From: Octopus vulgaris
Lineage: Eukaryota
Reading direction: 5' to 3'
DNA length: 64,000 bases
Assembly (NCBI GenBank): GCA_951406725.2
Contig: OX597835.1
Location: 36,704,001-36,768,000 of the forward strand
The notes beneath the pieces were generated by a model, which was given only the letters and a program-made list of their open reading frames with translations, had not been told where the DNA came from and did no database searches. Below, piece after piece: positions 28,366-42,457 of this stretch; within the stretch, counting starts at the first letter, position 1, and each line of letters begins with the position of its first letter. The position numbers were made by a program, and so were the translations under genes.

Positions 28366-28396
<31 letters not shown>

Positions 28397-28801
28397 GGTG
28401 ATGGTGGTGGTGGTGGTGGTGGTGGTGGTGGCGGTGGTGGTTGGTGGTGGTGGTAGTGGTAGTGGAGATGATGGTGATGATGATGATGGTGACTGTGGAG
28501 GTGGTGGAGATATTGATGGTGATGTTATAATGACAATGATGATGATGATGATGTCGATGGTGATGATAATGATGACGACGACAACGATGATAAAAATTAT
28601 GATGATGATTGTGGTGATGGTGATGATGATGATGATTGCGATGATGGTGATGGTGGTGGTGGTGGTGGTGGTGGTGATGATGATGGCGACAATGGCTGTG
28701 GTGATGATGATGGCGACAATGGCAACAATGATGATGATGGTGATTGTGGTGGTGGTGATGGTGGTGGCAGCGGCTGCGATGGTGGTGGTAGTGGTAGTGG
28801 A

Positions 28802-28864
<63 letters not shown>

Positions 28865-29226
28865 GATGGTGATGATGATGGTGATGATGGTGATGATGAT
28901 GGTGATGATGATGATGATGGTGACTGTGCAGGTGGTGGAGATATTGATGGTGATGTTATAATGACGATGATGATGATGATGATGTCGATGGTGATGCTAA
29001 TGACGACGATGACAACGACGATAACGATTATGATGATGATGGTGATTGCGGTGGTGATGATGACGACGATGACAATAACGATGACAACGACGACGATGAT
29101 GATGATGTCGATGGTACTGATGGTGGTGGAGGTGGTTGTGGTAATGGAGCATGTTAATGGCAGTAACAGTGAAGGTAGCAGAGACAATGGTGATGATGAT
29201 ACTGATGATAATTACAGTGATAATAG

Positions 29227-29262
<36 letters not shown>

Positions 29263-29320
29263 CGACAGTTATGATGATGACGGTGATGATGATGATGATG
29301 ACGGTGATGATGAAGAAAAT
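28105..29320. repeat. Long degenerate (GAT/GGT)n array
   Basis: Directly visible, with one non-repetitive gap at ~28180-28360. Confidence 0.93.
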
Positions 29321-29619
29321 TATGGTGCGAATACTGTTGCTGCTGCCACTGAAGAACATGGTGATAATTCTTTCTACTATAGGCACAAATCCTAAAATTT
29401 GGTGATCGACCCCCCAGTACACAACTGGTACTTAATTTATCGACCACAAGAGGATGAAAGGTAAAGTCGGCCTCGGTGGAATTTGAACTTTGCCTTTCAT
29501 CTTTTCAGGGTCGATTAAATAAGTACCAGTTACGCACTGGGGTCGATGTAATCAATTTAATCCGTTTGTCTGTCCTTGTTTGTCCCCTCAGTATTTAGCC
29601 CCCTGTGGACAATAAAGAA

Positions 29620-29650
<31 letters not shown>

Positions 29651-29835
29651 CACACAAGTCCATTACCAGTGCTCAGATGGTAACTAGTTTATTAACCCTG
29701 AGAGCATGAAAGGCAAAGTCGACCTCGATGGGATTTGAACTCAGAACATAAAGATGAATAAAATGCTACTAAGCATTTTGTCCTGTGCACTAACGATTCT
29801 GCCAGCTTGCTGCCTTCATATACACATATACATAC

Positions 29836-29879
<44 letters not shown>

Positions 29880-29899
29880 GACGATGATGATGATGATGA

Positions 29900-29950
<51 letters not shown>

Positions 29951-30138
29951 GTGAGAGAGAGAGAGAAAGAGAGAGAGAGAGATTAATTACCAGTGACAGA
30001 AGCAATATTAATACCAAAAGGTAATCTTTATATTCGACTTAAAATGAATTGTCCATGACAGATGATGCTTATATATACATATACACACAAACATAACACC
30101 AGTTGACAAGCGGTGGTGGGGGACACACTAACACAGAC

Positions 30139-30171
<33 letters not shown>

Positions 30172-30175
30172 TGCA

Positions 30176-30215
<40 letters not shown>

Positions 30216-30426
30216 GTAGATGAGTTCAGCAAAAATTTAGATTCAGATGAATATGGTACTTAAGTTGAGGCACCAGAACCTAGTACGGTATTATCCATAC
30301 AATTTCAAAGTAAGGTGACACACACACGCATACATAGAAAATACACGGTGACACACACACATACATAGAAAATACACGGACATGCAACTACATGAATATG
30401 CAGGATACATACATACAGATGCACAC

Positions 30427-30483
<57 letters not shown>

Positions 30484-30646
30484 TACACACACATATATAC
30501 ATACTTACACATGCATACATACATACACACATACATACATACATGCATGCATGCATAGGCACACACACGCACACACACACTGACCCCCACACATGCGCAC
30601 AAACAAACAAAAAGGAACACAGTGTAAATAACGGACAGAGTCAAGA

Positions 30647-30683
30647 CTATTGAAAAGGTTGCAAGATGCAACGAAAATTTTAG
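30647..30683 (+). ncRNA. Minimal hammerhead motif, U3-A8 core variant
   Basis: cta TTGAAAA g gttgca aga tgcaac GAA AATT T tag; perfect 6-bp stem II, 4-nt palindromic stem III; related copies 25888-25924 (+), 59454-59490 (-), 59585-59621 (+). Confidence 0.6.
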
Positions 30684-30775
30684 GAAAATAGAAATAAGAA
30701 AAAAGTGGAAATTTTACTGGTGAGTGTGTTAAATTATAAGGCACAAAAAGAAAATAACTCTCCCCAGACACAACA

Positions 30776-30827
<52 letters not shown>

Positions 30828-31577
30828 GGAGAGAGAGAGAGAGATTAATTACTATTGACAGAAGCAATATTAATACCAAAAGGTAATCTTTACATTTGAC
30901 TTAAAATGAATTGTCCATGACAGATGATGCTTATATATACATATACACACAAACACACCAACACCAGTTGACAAGCGGTGGTGGAGGACATATATCTATA
31001 TGTGTGCTTGCCTGTTCTAATAACCTTTCTTACTTTGCACTTCACTTTGTCCCTGTCTCTCCCTTTTCCCCGCCACTCCCTGATTCTTCCGTCTATGCGC
31101 TCTCTCTCTCTTCTTCCCTCCTTAATTCCTTTGTTCCTCTTTTTCTTTCTCTTCTCTTCTCACATGACCATTAGCCGACTGCTGGCCTTTTTGCGTTTGG
31201 CCGCGGTCGCTGTCACATCAAAATCTTTCCTCTGCCGTAAGGCTTAATTCCCAACATGCCAACTGAATTCAATTCATCTCCAGTCGAAAGACACCTGTTG
31301 TTATGTCCTGTTATTATCATTATTATTTTTTTTTTGTATTAGTTCTGTATTTATTATATTTGTGTAACATCGTCCGTTTTTCCGTCCTTTTTTTCAAGGA
31401 ATCTAATGCCCTTAGCTTAGTTTTTCCTTGGGGCTGGCCAGATTGGAGCGATCTCAAGATTAATCAGCCGAAACTGCGAGGATGATCCGGTTCTTCACTG
31501 AAGATTAAAGGGTTCGAATGACCCGTCCATGTTTTTCGTATCGTCTTCTAAATGTTTTGCGTTCTTGTCCCATTTTG

Positions 31578-31616
<39 letters not shown>

Positions 31617-31619
<3 letters not shown>

Positions 31620-31804
31620 AATAGTAAAAAGTGAAAAAACTACAGAAGGCTTATTTTAAAAGGTTAAAAAATATATATTTGAGTCAATATGTCTGAAGGA
31701 TGTTATAAATTTTTTTCATACAATGACGTAGTTTGACTCAAATATATATTTTTTAACCTTTTAAAACAAGCCTTCTGTAGTTTTTTCACTTTTTACTATT
31801 TTCT
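31617..31804. repeat. Inverted repeat, ~70-bp arms, in (TA)n
   Basis: gaaaatagtaaaaagtgaaaaaactacagaaggctt...tttgagtcaa mirrored at 31733-31804. Confidence 0.9.
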
Positions 31805-31843
31805 ATATATTCAACCACATGCTTTCACAAACCAACTTTCTCA

Positions 31844-31893
<50 letters not shown>

Positions 31894-31974
31894 TATATGT
31901 GAGTGTAATTTGCAGACAGATACTGAAAGAAGGCTGTTGTATATATATGTATATATATGTCCCATTTTGTGGCA

Positions 31975-32251
31975 TTATTTCAAGCAAGCCGGCATTTTTT
32001 GTGCAAAATGCACGTGCATTTTTCTTGCGTATGCGTAGTATCGATCACAACAGCTGATGTACTTGCGCATACAAATGCACGTTCCCACGGCTTTATCGAT
32101 CGCATTCTCACCTGGAATCGATTTTTGTAATTTTTTCAAGACTTATACATGCCCTGATACCGTCAGTATCTACATATCAAATTTGAGCACAATCGGATGG
32201 AGGATGCCCGAGATCCTAGAAGAAACACACACAGACAAACAGAACAGATTT

Positions 32252-32260
<9 letters not shown>
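31975..32260. mobile_element. Helitron/Helentron-like non-autonomous fragment
   Basis: caaatttgagcacaatcggatg core followed by (acag)-type microsatellite and tttatata. Confidence 0.45.
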
Positions 32261-32284
<24 letters not shown>

Positions 32285-32285
<1 letters not shown>

Positions 32286-32592
32286 CATGTGATCACGTGA
32301 CCGACCAGACAATCAGATGTTGCTACACATCGCTGGTCACAATACGTTCACATTGTTTTAGCTTTCGAATGATGTCATCCCACTGGCTAAGCGAGCAGGC
32401 CAACAGAAGAAAGGGTGAGAGAAAGTTGTGGCGAAAGAGTACAGCAGGGATCTCCACCACCACCCTGCCGGAGCCTCGTGGAGCTTTAGGTGTTTCCGCT
32501 CAATAAACACTCACAACGCCCAGTTTGGGAATCGAAACTGCGATCCTACGACCGCAAGTCTGCTGCCCTAACCACTGGGCCATTGAGCCTCC
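32285..32592 (-). mobile_element. SINE family E (tRNA-derived)
   Basis: Minus strand tggcccagtggttagggcag...gtttcgattccc; copies at 39050-39345 (-) and 44890-45186 (+). Confidence 0.85.
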
Positions 32593-32600
32593 ACTTTATA

Positions 32601-32686
<86 letters not shown>

Positions 32687-32703
32687 ATATATATATATGT
32701 ATG

Positions 32704-32756
<53 letters not shown>

Positions 32757-33186
32757 ATGTATATATGTATATGTTTACATATATATGTACCAGATATTCT
32801 TAATATGCATGTAGAAAGTACACCATCTCACTAGTCTAGCTAATTATTAGGTATTTAATTATATATTTGTGGAGTGTGATTTATTTCAGAGGTTTATGTC
32901 TGTATCATATATATCATCTCAACATATGGCTCTTTGTTGAAATTTCCTAACTTAATTTCGGAATTGTTTGTGTGATATATACGCATCTGGTGTAAATGTA
33001 ACTCCCCAACAAATACGCACATATAAAGCACTGTATGTTATATAGATATATTCATAAGCATAGATGCATACATACATACATATACAAGTATACACGCACA
33101 TATGGACATACACACATACACACAAACACATATATATATAAATGTATGCATATGTATTATGTATGAGTATACACATGTGAATATAC

Positions 33187-33302
<116 letters not shown>

Positions 33303-33485
33303 ATATATATATATATACATATATGTACATGTGTATATGTATGTGTGTATATATATATGTATATATATATGTATATATATATATATATATACTCACATAC
33401 ATATACACATGTATGTATACATCTATATGTATGTATATGTATACATATATACACACATTCATACATACATATATTCATGTATATG

Positions 33486-33529
<44 letters not shown>

Positions 33530-33608
33530 GAATTGGGATATAATTAATAATTATGTCATGAACTTCATCTGCTTACAGCTGTCTCTTCTATAAAGTGCAG
33601 TGTACTCA

Positions 33609-34912
33609 TACGAGGTGGGTGACCCAAAAGGAACCAGAATTTTGCAATATTATATTATTCACTGAGTTTTACATATTAACACTTTTATCACCTTCGAAGT
33701 ATTCTCCATTTGCAGTAATGCATCAGTCCAAATGTGTTTTCCACTGTTCAAAGAGGTGCTGGAACTCTTGTGAAGTGATGCTTTTTAATGCCTCCATTGT
33801 CTTTTTTTCTGCACCTTTTCCACATCTGCAAATTCCGTAGCACCAGCTTTTGTCACCAGTTATGACCTTTGAAAAAAAAGGCCCGGGTCAACTTCCCACT
33901 GTTCTTTCAGTTCACAACATGCGTTCAGTCATGACTGGTTTTGATCTTCGGTGAGCAAGCAAGGCACAAAGTTTGCTAGAATTCTTTTCATTCGCAATTC
34001 CTCATTCAAAATTCATTGGCAGGATCCACGGGACACTCCAGTCATACCAACAAGTTTGTCATTTAGAAAATTACTATTTTTTAAATCTCACAACATGAGA
34101 TATTCAGCAACCGTACTTTGTAGTAAACACTGTTTGCCAACATAACATGGTAGTCCTGGTTTAGAACTAATGTGGTTGGACTACACTCTCGGAGTGGTTG
34201 GCGTTAAGAAGGGCATCCATCTGTAGAAACTCTGCCAAATCAAGATTGGAGCCTGCTGCTGCCATCTGGTTCACCATCCCTCAGTCAAAATCGTCCAACC
34301 CATGCTAGCATGGAAAATGGACGTTAAACGATGATGATGATGATGATGATGTTGCTGTAAATAGTAATTTTCTAATTTATAAATCAGTGACTAGTTGTCA
34401 CTTAGAAAACTGTATATTTCGAACAGGAATTTGGCAGCACCACCTCTGGCCGAACAATTATTCTGTGCTGATGAGAGAAAATAACCCAGAAATCGCGTTA
34501 CACATATATTGTTTTGAGCTGAATGGGGGTGCTAGATTCCTTTAAATGAAAATATAAGGAGACAAATCATGTCATATAGCCAGCTGGAGATGAGTCTCCT
34601 GGAGCTAAATTACTGCAACATTAGTCCTAAACCAGGACTACCATCTTATGTTGGCAAACAATCTTTACTACAAGTTTGTCATTTGTTGGGTGACGGTCCT
34701 CCATGATCAGTTCATGAATTTTCGTAATGTTTTCATTTGTTTGGGAGGTCAACAGTCGCCCTGAACATGGTTGGTCTTCAAGCAACAAGTGACCATTCTG
34801 AAAGCATGGAAACCACTCATAAACTTGTGTTTACTCGTGGTAGCATCTTTGTAAGCTGTTTGAAGTATCAAAACTGTTTTGGATGCTGTTAACCCCAAAA
34901 GAAAACAGGATT
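33609..34912 (-). pseudogene. Mariner-like transposon remnant with a nested insertion at 34065-34684
   Basis: TIR-like tacgaggtgggtgacccaaaaggaaccagaat; minus strand KSCFLLGLTASKTVLILQTAYKDA, EDQPCSGR..SQTNENITKIHELIMEDR, continuing across the insert as ILNEELRMKRILANFVP. Confidence 0.8.
34464..34504 (+). ncRNA. Type I hammerhead ribozyme motif (weak stem II)
   Basis: tgtg CTGATGA gagaaaataaccca GAAA tcgcgt T A caca; stem I tgtg/caca; stem III near-palindrome. Confidence 0.6.
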
Positions 34913-36299
34913 TAAGGCAGCAAGCTGGCAGAAACGTTAGCACGCAGGGCGAAATGCTTAGTGGTATTTCATCTGCTATTACGTTCTGGGTTCAAATTCT
35001 GCCAAGGTTGACTTTGCCTTCCATCCTTCCAGGGTTGATAAATTAAGTACCAGTTACACACTGGGGTCGATCTAATCGACTTAATCCCTTTATCTGTCCT
35101 TATTTGTCCTCTCTATGTTTAGCCCCTTGTGGGCAATAAAAAAATAAGAAAACAGAATTTTATGGAAGCATGCTATTCCTTCATTTCAGCCATCCATACT
35201 AGCATGGGTTGGACGGTTCGACTGGGGGTCTGGGATGCCAGGAGGCTGCACCAGGCTCCAGTCTGATCTGGCAGTGTTTCTACAGCTGGATGCCCTTCCT
35301 AACGCCAACCACTCCGTGAGTGTAGTGGGGAATTTTTATGTGCCACCGGCACAGGTGCCAGGGGAGGCTGGCAGCAGCTACGATCGGTTGGTGCTTTTTA
35401 CGTGCTACCGGCACAGAAGCCAAATGAAGATGCATTTTGAGAAGGAACTGAAGACTCCAGTCCATTAGAAGGAAGAAAATCCACCATGTTGACAACTCGA
35501 TTCTGCATTGGAAAAGACGATGGTAATGAGTTCCAGAGAACAGTAGTTTGAGGAAAGAAGCTAATGTAGGAAGCTCAACAGAGACACGATATGGCTGGGA
35601 AGAAGAGCAGGTAACATGTTTAAAGGTCATCACAGAAGGTACTAGACCAGTAAGTTCATCAGAGCAACCATCATTATCATCATCATTTAATATCCATATC
35701 CAAACGTGGCCAATGCCAGTGCCACCTTGACTGGCTTCTGTGCCGGTGGCACGTAAAAAGCACCAACCAATCGTGGTCGTTGCCAGCCTCACCTGGCACC
35801 TGTGCTGGTGGCACGTAAAAAGCACCCACTACACTCACGGAGTGGTTGGCGTTAGGAAGGGCATCCTGCTGTAGAAACACTGCCAGGTCAGACTGGAGCC
35901 TGGTGCAGCTCCTGGCTTCCCAGACCCTGGTTGAACTATCCAACCCGTGCTAGCATGGAAAATGGACGTTAATCGATGATGATGATGATGATGGTCCATG
36001 CTGGCATGGTTTTTTATGGTTGGTTGCCCTTCCTAACACCAGCCATTTTTTACAATGTGTAGTGAGTGCTTCTGATGAACAAGTGGTTTTCTTGTGCCAC
36101 CCATACTGTTGAAGTTGCCATGCGATTCACAGGACTAGGAAACCTGGGGGAAGTGGTGATGGAGGGGGGTCAGCTTTATGCTAAGGGATGAGCTAGTTAT
36201 TTTGATGTAGTGGTGGTGGTGGTGGTGGTGGTGGTGGGGAGGAAGCATGTTCCTTCTGAGGAATCAGCATAGCTCTCTGCATCAATAACCATGGAAAAA

Positions 36300-36820
36300 C
36301 CGATGATGATGAAGATTATGACAATGATGATGTTGTTGATGATGATAAAGATGATAACAATGATGGCCATGATGATGATGATGATGAGGATGACAACAAC
36401 AATGGGGATGATGACGATAACAATGACGACGATATTGATGATGATGATGAGGATGATGATGATGATTATAACAACGATGGTCTTAATGATGATGATGATG
36501 ATGATTATGATTATAACAACGATGGCCTTGATGTTGATGATGATGATGGGGATGATGATGATGATGGTGATAATGAAGATGATGATGACAATAACAACGA
36601 TGATGACAATGACGATGGTGATGATTACAGCGACGATGATGATGACATTGATGATGGTGATGGTGATGATGATGAGGAGGAGGATTATAACAACGATGGT
36701 CTTAGTGATGATGATGAGGAGGAAGATTATGATTATAACAACGATGGCCTTGATGTTGATGATGATGATGGGGATGATGATGATGATGGTGCATGTGTGT
36801 ACATGATGATGATGATGATG
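36300..36820. repeat. Degenerate (GAT)n array
   Basis: Directly visible. Confidence 0.95.
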
Positions 36821-36855
<35 letters not shown>

Positions 36856-37330
36856 ACATGTGACTGAGTGTATATTCTTCTTCGTCTTGACATATGTGCA
36901 ATGACTATGAAATAAACAAAACAAACCTCACCATTCACATGACCAGCATCGTTTGTTTTGCAGTCCACCCCAAGAGCAGGTCTCCAGCTCCTTGGCATGT
37001 TTTGACATGTTGTATAGTGATTGTAAACAAGAGAGACAAGCAGAGAGAGAGAGAGAGGGGGAGAGGGAGAGAGAGAGAGGGAGAGGGAGAGAGAGAGAGT
37101 TAATTAAACAATAAAAAATGTATCGTTCCTGTATGCAATCCTTTTGCACACACACGGGTGTATGAGTGTGTGTGTGTGTGTGAAGCACGTATGTGGGGTG
37201 TGTGCATGTGCATCATATGTATGCAAATACGTATATATACATGCACATATATGCAGATATGTATATATATATATATATACACATATATATATAAAAGTGT
37301 ATCTATGTATGTGTGTGTGTATATATATAA

Positions 37331-37364
<34 letters not shown>

Positions 37365-37458
37365 GCATATATATAGGTAGATAAATAGATTAAACCACTG
37401 TATGTGTATTCAATGGCAAAATGGTGCCCCCACTTCCGAAGATACATACATTATATAC

Positions 37459-37501
<43 letters not shown>

Positions 37502-37607
37502 TATGTATGTTTATATATATGTGTGTGTGTATATGTATCTATATGTATGTGTATATATGTATATATATATATATTTGTATATATATGTAGGTCTATGTCT
37601 GTATATA

Positions 37608-37782
37608 TCATTTTACGATTTTTTGACTGCTGTGTCGCCATTTTTCGGTGTATTTCAACCAGAAAAATGTTCGCTTAAAGAGAATAACAAGCTACATAAT
37701 GCAAAACTTTTACTTTTCAAAAATTCCAATTCTAAAGGGTTGAAAAGAAAACAAACCCGAGCAACGCCGGGCTATACTGCTA

Positions 37783-37783
<1 letters not shown>
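37608..37783 (+). mobile_element. Helitron 3' end
   Basis: Hairpin cccgagcaacgccggg followed by CTAG|T. Confidence 0.7.
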
Positions 37784-37840
<57 letters not shown>

Positions 37841-37892
37841 TATGAATAAATGAAAGAATGGAGTTGAACGACAAATTAACAAATTTCCTTTA

Positions 37893-37975
37893 TTTTCGAC
37901 ATATGTTTCGAAGGCTGCATATTCCTAATTGTGAAGTAATAAGGAGTACATTATGCCACTTTCTCATCAGGAAAA
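37893..37975 (-). ncRNA. Type I hammerhead ribozyme motif with long stem II
   Basis: ttttc CTGATGA gaaagtggcat...atgcagccttc GAAA catatg T C gaaaa; stem III palindrome ACATATGT; lies in inverted repeat 37832-38154. Confidence 0.8.
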
Positions 37976-38985
37976 ACAAGGAATTTATGTCAACATCAAG
38001 ATTCACAAAAACTTTTTGATGAGAAAGCAGCATAATGTACTCCTTATTACTTCGCAATTAGGAATATGCAGCCTTCGAAATATATGTCGAAAATAAAGGA
38101 AATTTGTTAATTTGTCGTTCAACTCCATTCTTTCATTTATTCATAAATTTTATAAAAATACACACAAATTTCCACACGAAAACACGTAGTCTCTGCCCTA
38201 GGCACATAACTTCAACCGTGATATTTCTGACGTGAATTTGCTACCCAGGTATCGGTTAAACGAATTATCCATAAAAAGATATTTCATTTTTCTACTCAAA
38301 TATATATCATCATCATCATCATCATCGTTTAACGTCCGTTCTCCATGCTAGCATGGGTTGGACGGTTCGACCGGGATCTGGGAAGCCAGAAGGCTGCCCC
38401 AGGCTCCAGTCTTATCTGGCAATGTTTCTACAGCTGGATGCCCTTCCTAACGCCAACCACTCCGTGAGTGTAGTGGGTGCTTTTTACGTGCCACCTGCAC
38501 AGGTGCCAGCCAAGGCTGGCAACGGCCACGGTTGGATTGGTGCATTATACACATATGTATGTGTGTGTGTGTGAAAAATTGTAGTTGTGGCCAATGCCAG
38601 TGCCATGCCCGTGGCACATCAAAAGCACCGTTCAAGTGTTGCACCTCATGGAAGCAGTAACAGATGACCCCTTGGCAATATACTGCTCTTGTGCAGACAT
38701 GTCAAGCCAAGTGAGACTGTAGTCATGACCGATGCTGGTGTCTGATCAGTGGCATGTAAGAGACACTCACTGCACTCTCAGAGTGGTTGGCATTAGGAAG
38801 GGCATTCAGCCATAGAAACCTTGCCAAATCAGATTGGAACCTGGTGCAGCCCCACTGGTTTACCAGTTTTCAGTCAAACCATCCAACCCATGCCAGCATG
38901 GAAAGCAGCCGTTTAATGATGATGGTGTGTATGTGTGTGTGTGCATATATATTACATAAATATCAATATATATATCATATATGTA

Positions 38986-39054
<69 letters not shown>

Positions 39055-39367
39055 TCGTGACCCCCCCCCCCAGGCTATCATATGTTGCTACACATCGCTG
39101 GTCACAATGCGTTCGCATTGTTTTAGCCTTCAAATGACGCCACCCCGCTGGCTAAGCGAGCAGGCCAACAGAAAAAAAGAGTGAAAGTTATGCCGAAAGA
39201 GTACAGCAGGGATTGCCACCTCGGAGCCTCGTGGAGCTTTTATGTATTTTCGCTCAATAAACACTCACAACGCCCGGTTTGGGAATGGAAACCACGATCC
39301 TACGATTGCAAGTCCACTGCCCTAACTACTGGGCCTTTGCGCCGCCACACACATATATATACATATG

Positions 39368-39431
<64 letters not shown>

Positions 39432-39683
39432 TATATATGATATATTTATTATATATGTGTGTGTGTTCATAAATATCGATATATATATATCTGTAAGTAT
39501 CTTGGAAAGCAGTGGGGGGTTATTAGTTTGTCCTTAGAAACACATGCACAGGCTTTATATCAGTTGATTATATTATTATTAATCAACTAGTTTCATCACC
39601 GTTTACAACCTCATCAAGGACATGGCCTCATTACTCCATGTCTATCAAGTTTTATGCAAAGTTGGTGTCAGGCATTTGTGTGT

Positions 39684-39740
<57 letters not shown>

Positions 39741-39869
39741 TATATTAGTGTATTCTTATAGTATGGAGTGTGGATGTATGTTTGATTCATCAGAGCTTGA
39801 AATCTGTGTGTGTGTGTGTATGTGTGTGTACATGCACGCATGCATGTGTGTGTAGGTATGTGCATGTGT

Positions 39870-40135
39870 GTATCTGTATCATCTCTTGTGAAAGGTAGAA
39901 GAGTCCAGTTTGCTGGACATTGTTGTAGAGCTGAAAACGAGGTAATTTCTACTCTTCTCCTCTGGAAGCCATCTGGTCGCGATACCAGAGGGCGCACACT
40001 GTCCTAGCATGATGTAATCTCCAGGGATACAGGCATCCAGCGACAGGACCTCCGTAATGCTATGATGGACCGTGAAGTCTGGCGTAACATAGTAAATTCC
40101 ATTGTCTCGACCACGGTCAAACAATGATGATGATG
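39870..40135 (+). pseudogene. RTE-clade LINE 3' end
   Basis: RRVQFAGHCCRAENEVISTLLLWKP...DLRNAMMDREVWRNIV followed by (TGA)n tail. Confidence 0.8.
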
Positions 40136-40737
40136 TGTATCTGTGTATGCCTCTGTGTGTGTGTGTGTGTGTGTGTGTAACATGTTCATGCTGAATTTGT
40201 GTGAGGGAGTATAATATTGAGGGAGATGGCTGTATACAAGGTGATGAAAGATTAAATTAGGATGGAAAGACAGAAACAGGTGTCTTGTTGTAGACGAGGT
40301 ACATAGTTACCCTAATTGGAAGAGAAGGTGGATGGTGGTGAAGGGGCATCAGGGTGAACCCCTAAGTTAGAGGAAGGTGAATAAAAGAGAAGTGGTATGG
40401 GTGGGTAAGTAAGTTTGTGGGAGAGTAGGGAATGACTGGCAGATGGATCAAAGGAAATGCAGTGAGTGGTGAAGGAAGCAAAGTCAGCTGTGAGTATTTA
40501 TTGGAGGAGAAGGTAGAGGATGAAGATGTAGATCAGGGAGGTAAGAGGTAGCAGCAAAGATGTGAATAGTGTGGGGGAGGGGTGCAGGAAAGATGCACAG
40601 TGTCAGGGATGAAGTCCAAGGTATGTGAGTGAGAGTAGTGAGAAGTGAATTGTGGTGATTGGTGAGGAGAGCAGCCATTAGCAAAATCATGGGATATCTG
40701 TCTGGGATATACAGGAAGAAATGGAGGAGATTAAAAA

Positions 40738-41296
40738 TGATAATAATAATAATAATGAAATTATTGTATACAGTGCTCAGGTGCACCACAACTTGTCAGA
40801 AAGTGCGTATAAAGCATATGCAGTAATGTACAAATGTCTGGAAAGCAAACAGTGTATGAGTCAGATACATGCTTGTGTGTGTATGGAGGGGAGAAAATCA
40901 GGTGTAGTATTGGCAAATCTCAGAAAGCATGGAAGTTTTGAAGGATGCTGTGCTCCGACAACTAACAACTGATGCCGGCAGTTTGTTCCATGCTTCAGCA
41001 GCTCTTAGCATGAAAAAATGTTTCCGAAAGTCATGGGAGCTGTACTGTTTTCTGACTTTGTAAATATGTCCACGGGTGTTAGACGGGTGGAGTTTGAAAA
41101 GGTGCTCAGAGCTATCGTTGGTAAGATGGTTAATAATTTTATGAGTGTCTGCCAAGTCAGCTTCCAGACGTCGGAGTTTCAATGTGTCCATGCCCAGGGA
41201 AGTAAGGCGTTCAGAATATGGCAAATGCCTGATGGAGGGTATTCTTTTGGTTGCACGTCGCTGAACGGCTTTCAGAGGATTAGCATCAGTTTGCAT
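40738..41296 (-). pseudogene. CR1-clade LINE ORF2 C-terminus plus 3'UTR
   Basis: VQRRATKRIP...LPYSERL..LGMDTLKLRR..DL...TRGH..KV...RKHFF..RAAEAWNKLP; (ATT)n tail. Confidence 0.9.
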
Positions 41297-42116
41297 TACT
41301 CCTTGGAACTGGGGACCTTTTTTTTAATACCATGAATCTGATTTTTCTTGGTTTCTTGCTCATTCCATCCAGCCCATTCCATGGTTTGTTTTGAAATTTG
41401 AGTTACGTTCCATGTAAGTTCATCAGATACAACGAAACTGACAGAATCAGGAAAGCATTTTATAGACATTTATATATATATATATTTTTTTCTAGCTTCA
41501 ACCATTAGATTATACCAATGTTGTATCACTCTTTTCTAGTGTTAGGTTGATTAAACCGACCTCCAATATTTATTTTATCAAACTCTGAAAGAGCCAAACA
41601 TAGTGTGAAGAAAAGCGCTTTGAAGAAGCGAGTTTATAAAACGCTCTCCCGCAGCACCCTGACTCTGTCCGTTTGGTTGTATCTGAAGAATTACATACAA
41701 TGGACGAAGTCTTCTGTATACTTCATATTTCAAAGAGTTGGCACAAGGGGTTACATGTTATTCAATATTCTTACACAGTCTGCTATTAGTATATTTACAA
41801 GATCTCTCCTATATCTGAAAATGTTAACATCGAAGTATGGTGTGGCCAGAGTTATTGTGTTTATTGATCAACAATAGATGGACATGATCGTTTTAACTAT
41901 CCACCACTTCTTCTTTTTCCTTTCTTTCTTTTGTTCTTTCTTTCTTCCTTTCTTTCTTTCTTTTTCTCATTCTTACATTTATTTCATTATAAATGTATCT
42001 GTTTATTTATTTATTTATTTATCCGTTCCTGCTTTCTCTTTTAGCAGTTGCTAGGTTGATGTCAAATTTGATGGAAGAACTATCTCCATGTTCACCATAA
42101 CTGGAAATACACACAC

Positions 42117-42151
<35 letters not shown>

Positions 42152-42189
42152 CGTGTGTGTGTGTTTGTGTGTGTGTGTATGTGTGTGTT

Positions 42190-42220
<31 letters not shown>

Positions 42221-42309
42221 ATTTGTGTGTGTGTGTGTATGTGTATGTTTGTGTGTGTGTTTGTGTGTGCGTGTGTGTGTTTGTGTGTGTTTGTGTGTGT
42301 TTGTGCGTG

Positions 42310-42340
<31 letters not shown>

Positions 42341-42418
42341 ATTCTATAAGTATATACACATATATACATATACATATATATTGATATATAGATAAATTTA
42401 TATGTATATGCGTATATT

Positions 42419-42457
<39 letters not shown>

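Noticed and set aside
31420-31500. ggctgg...cagcc GAAA hairpin resembling a hammerhead
   Set aside because: No CUGANGA or UUGANAA core upstream; left unassigned.
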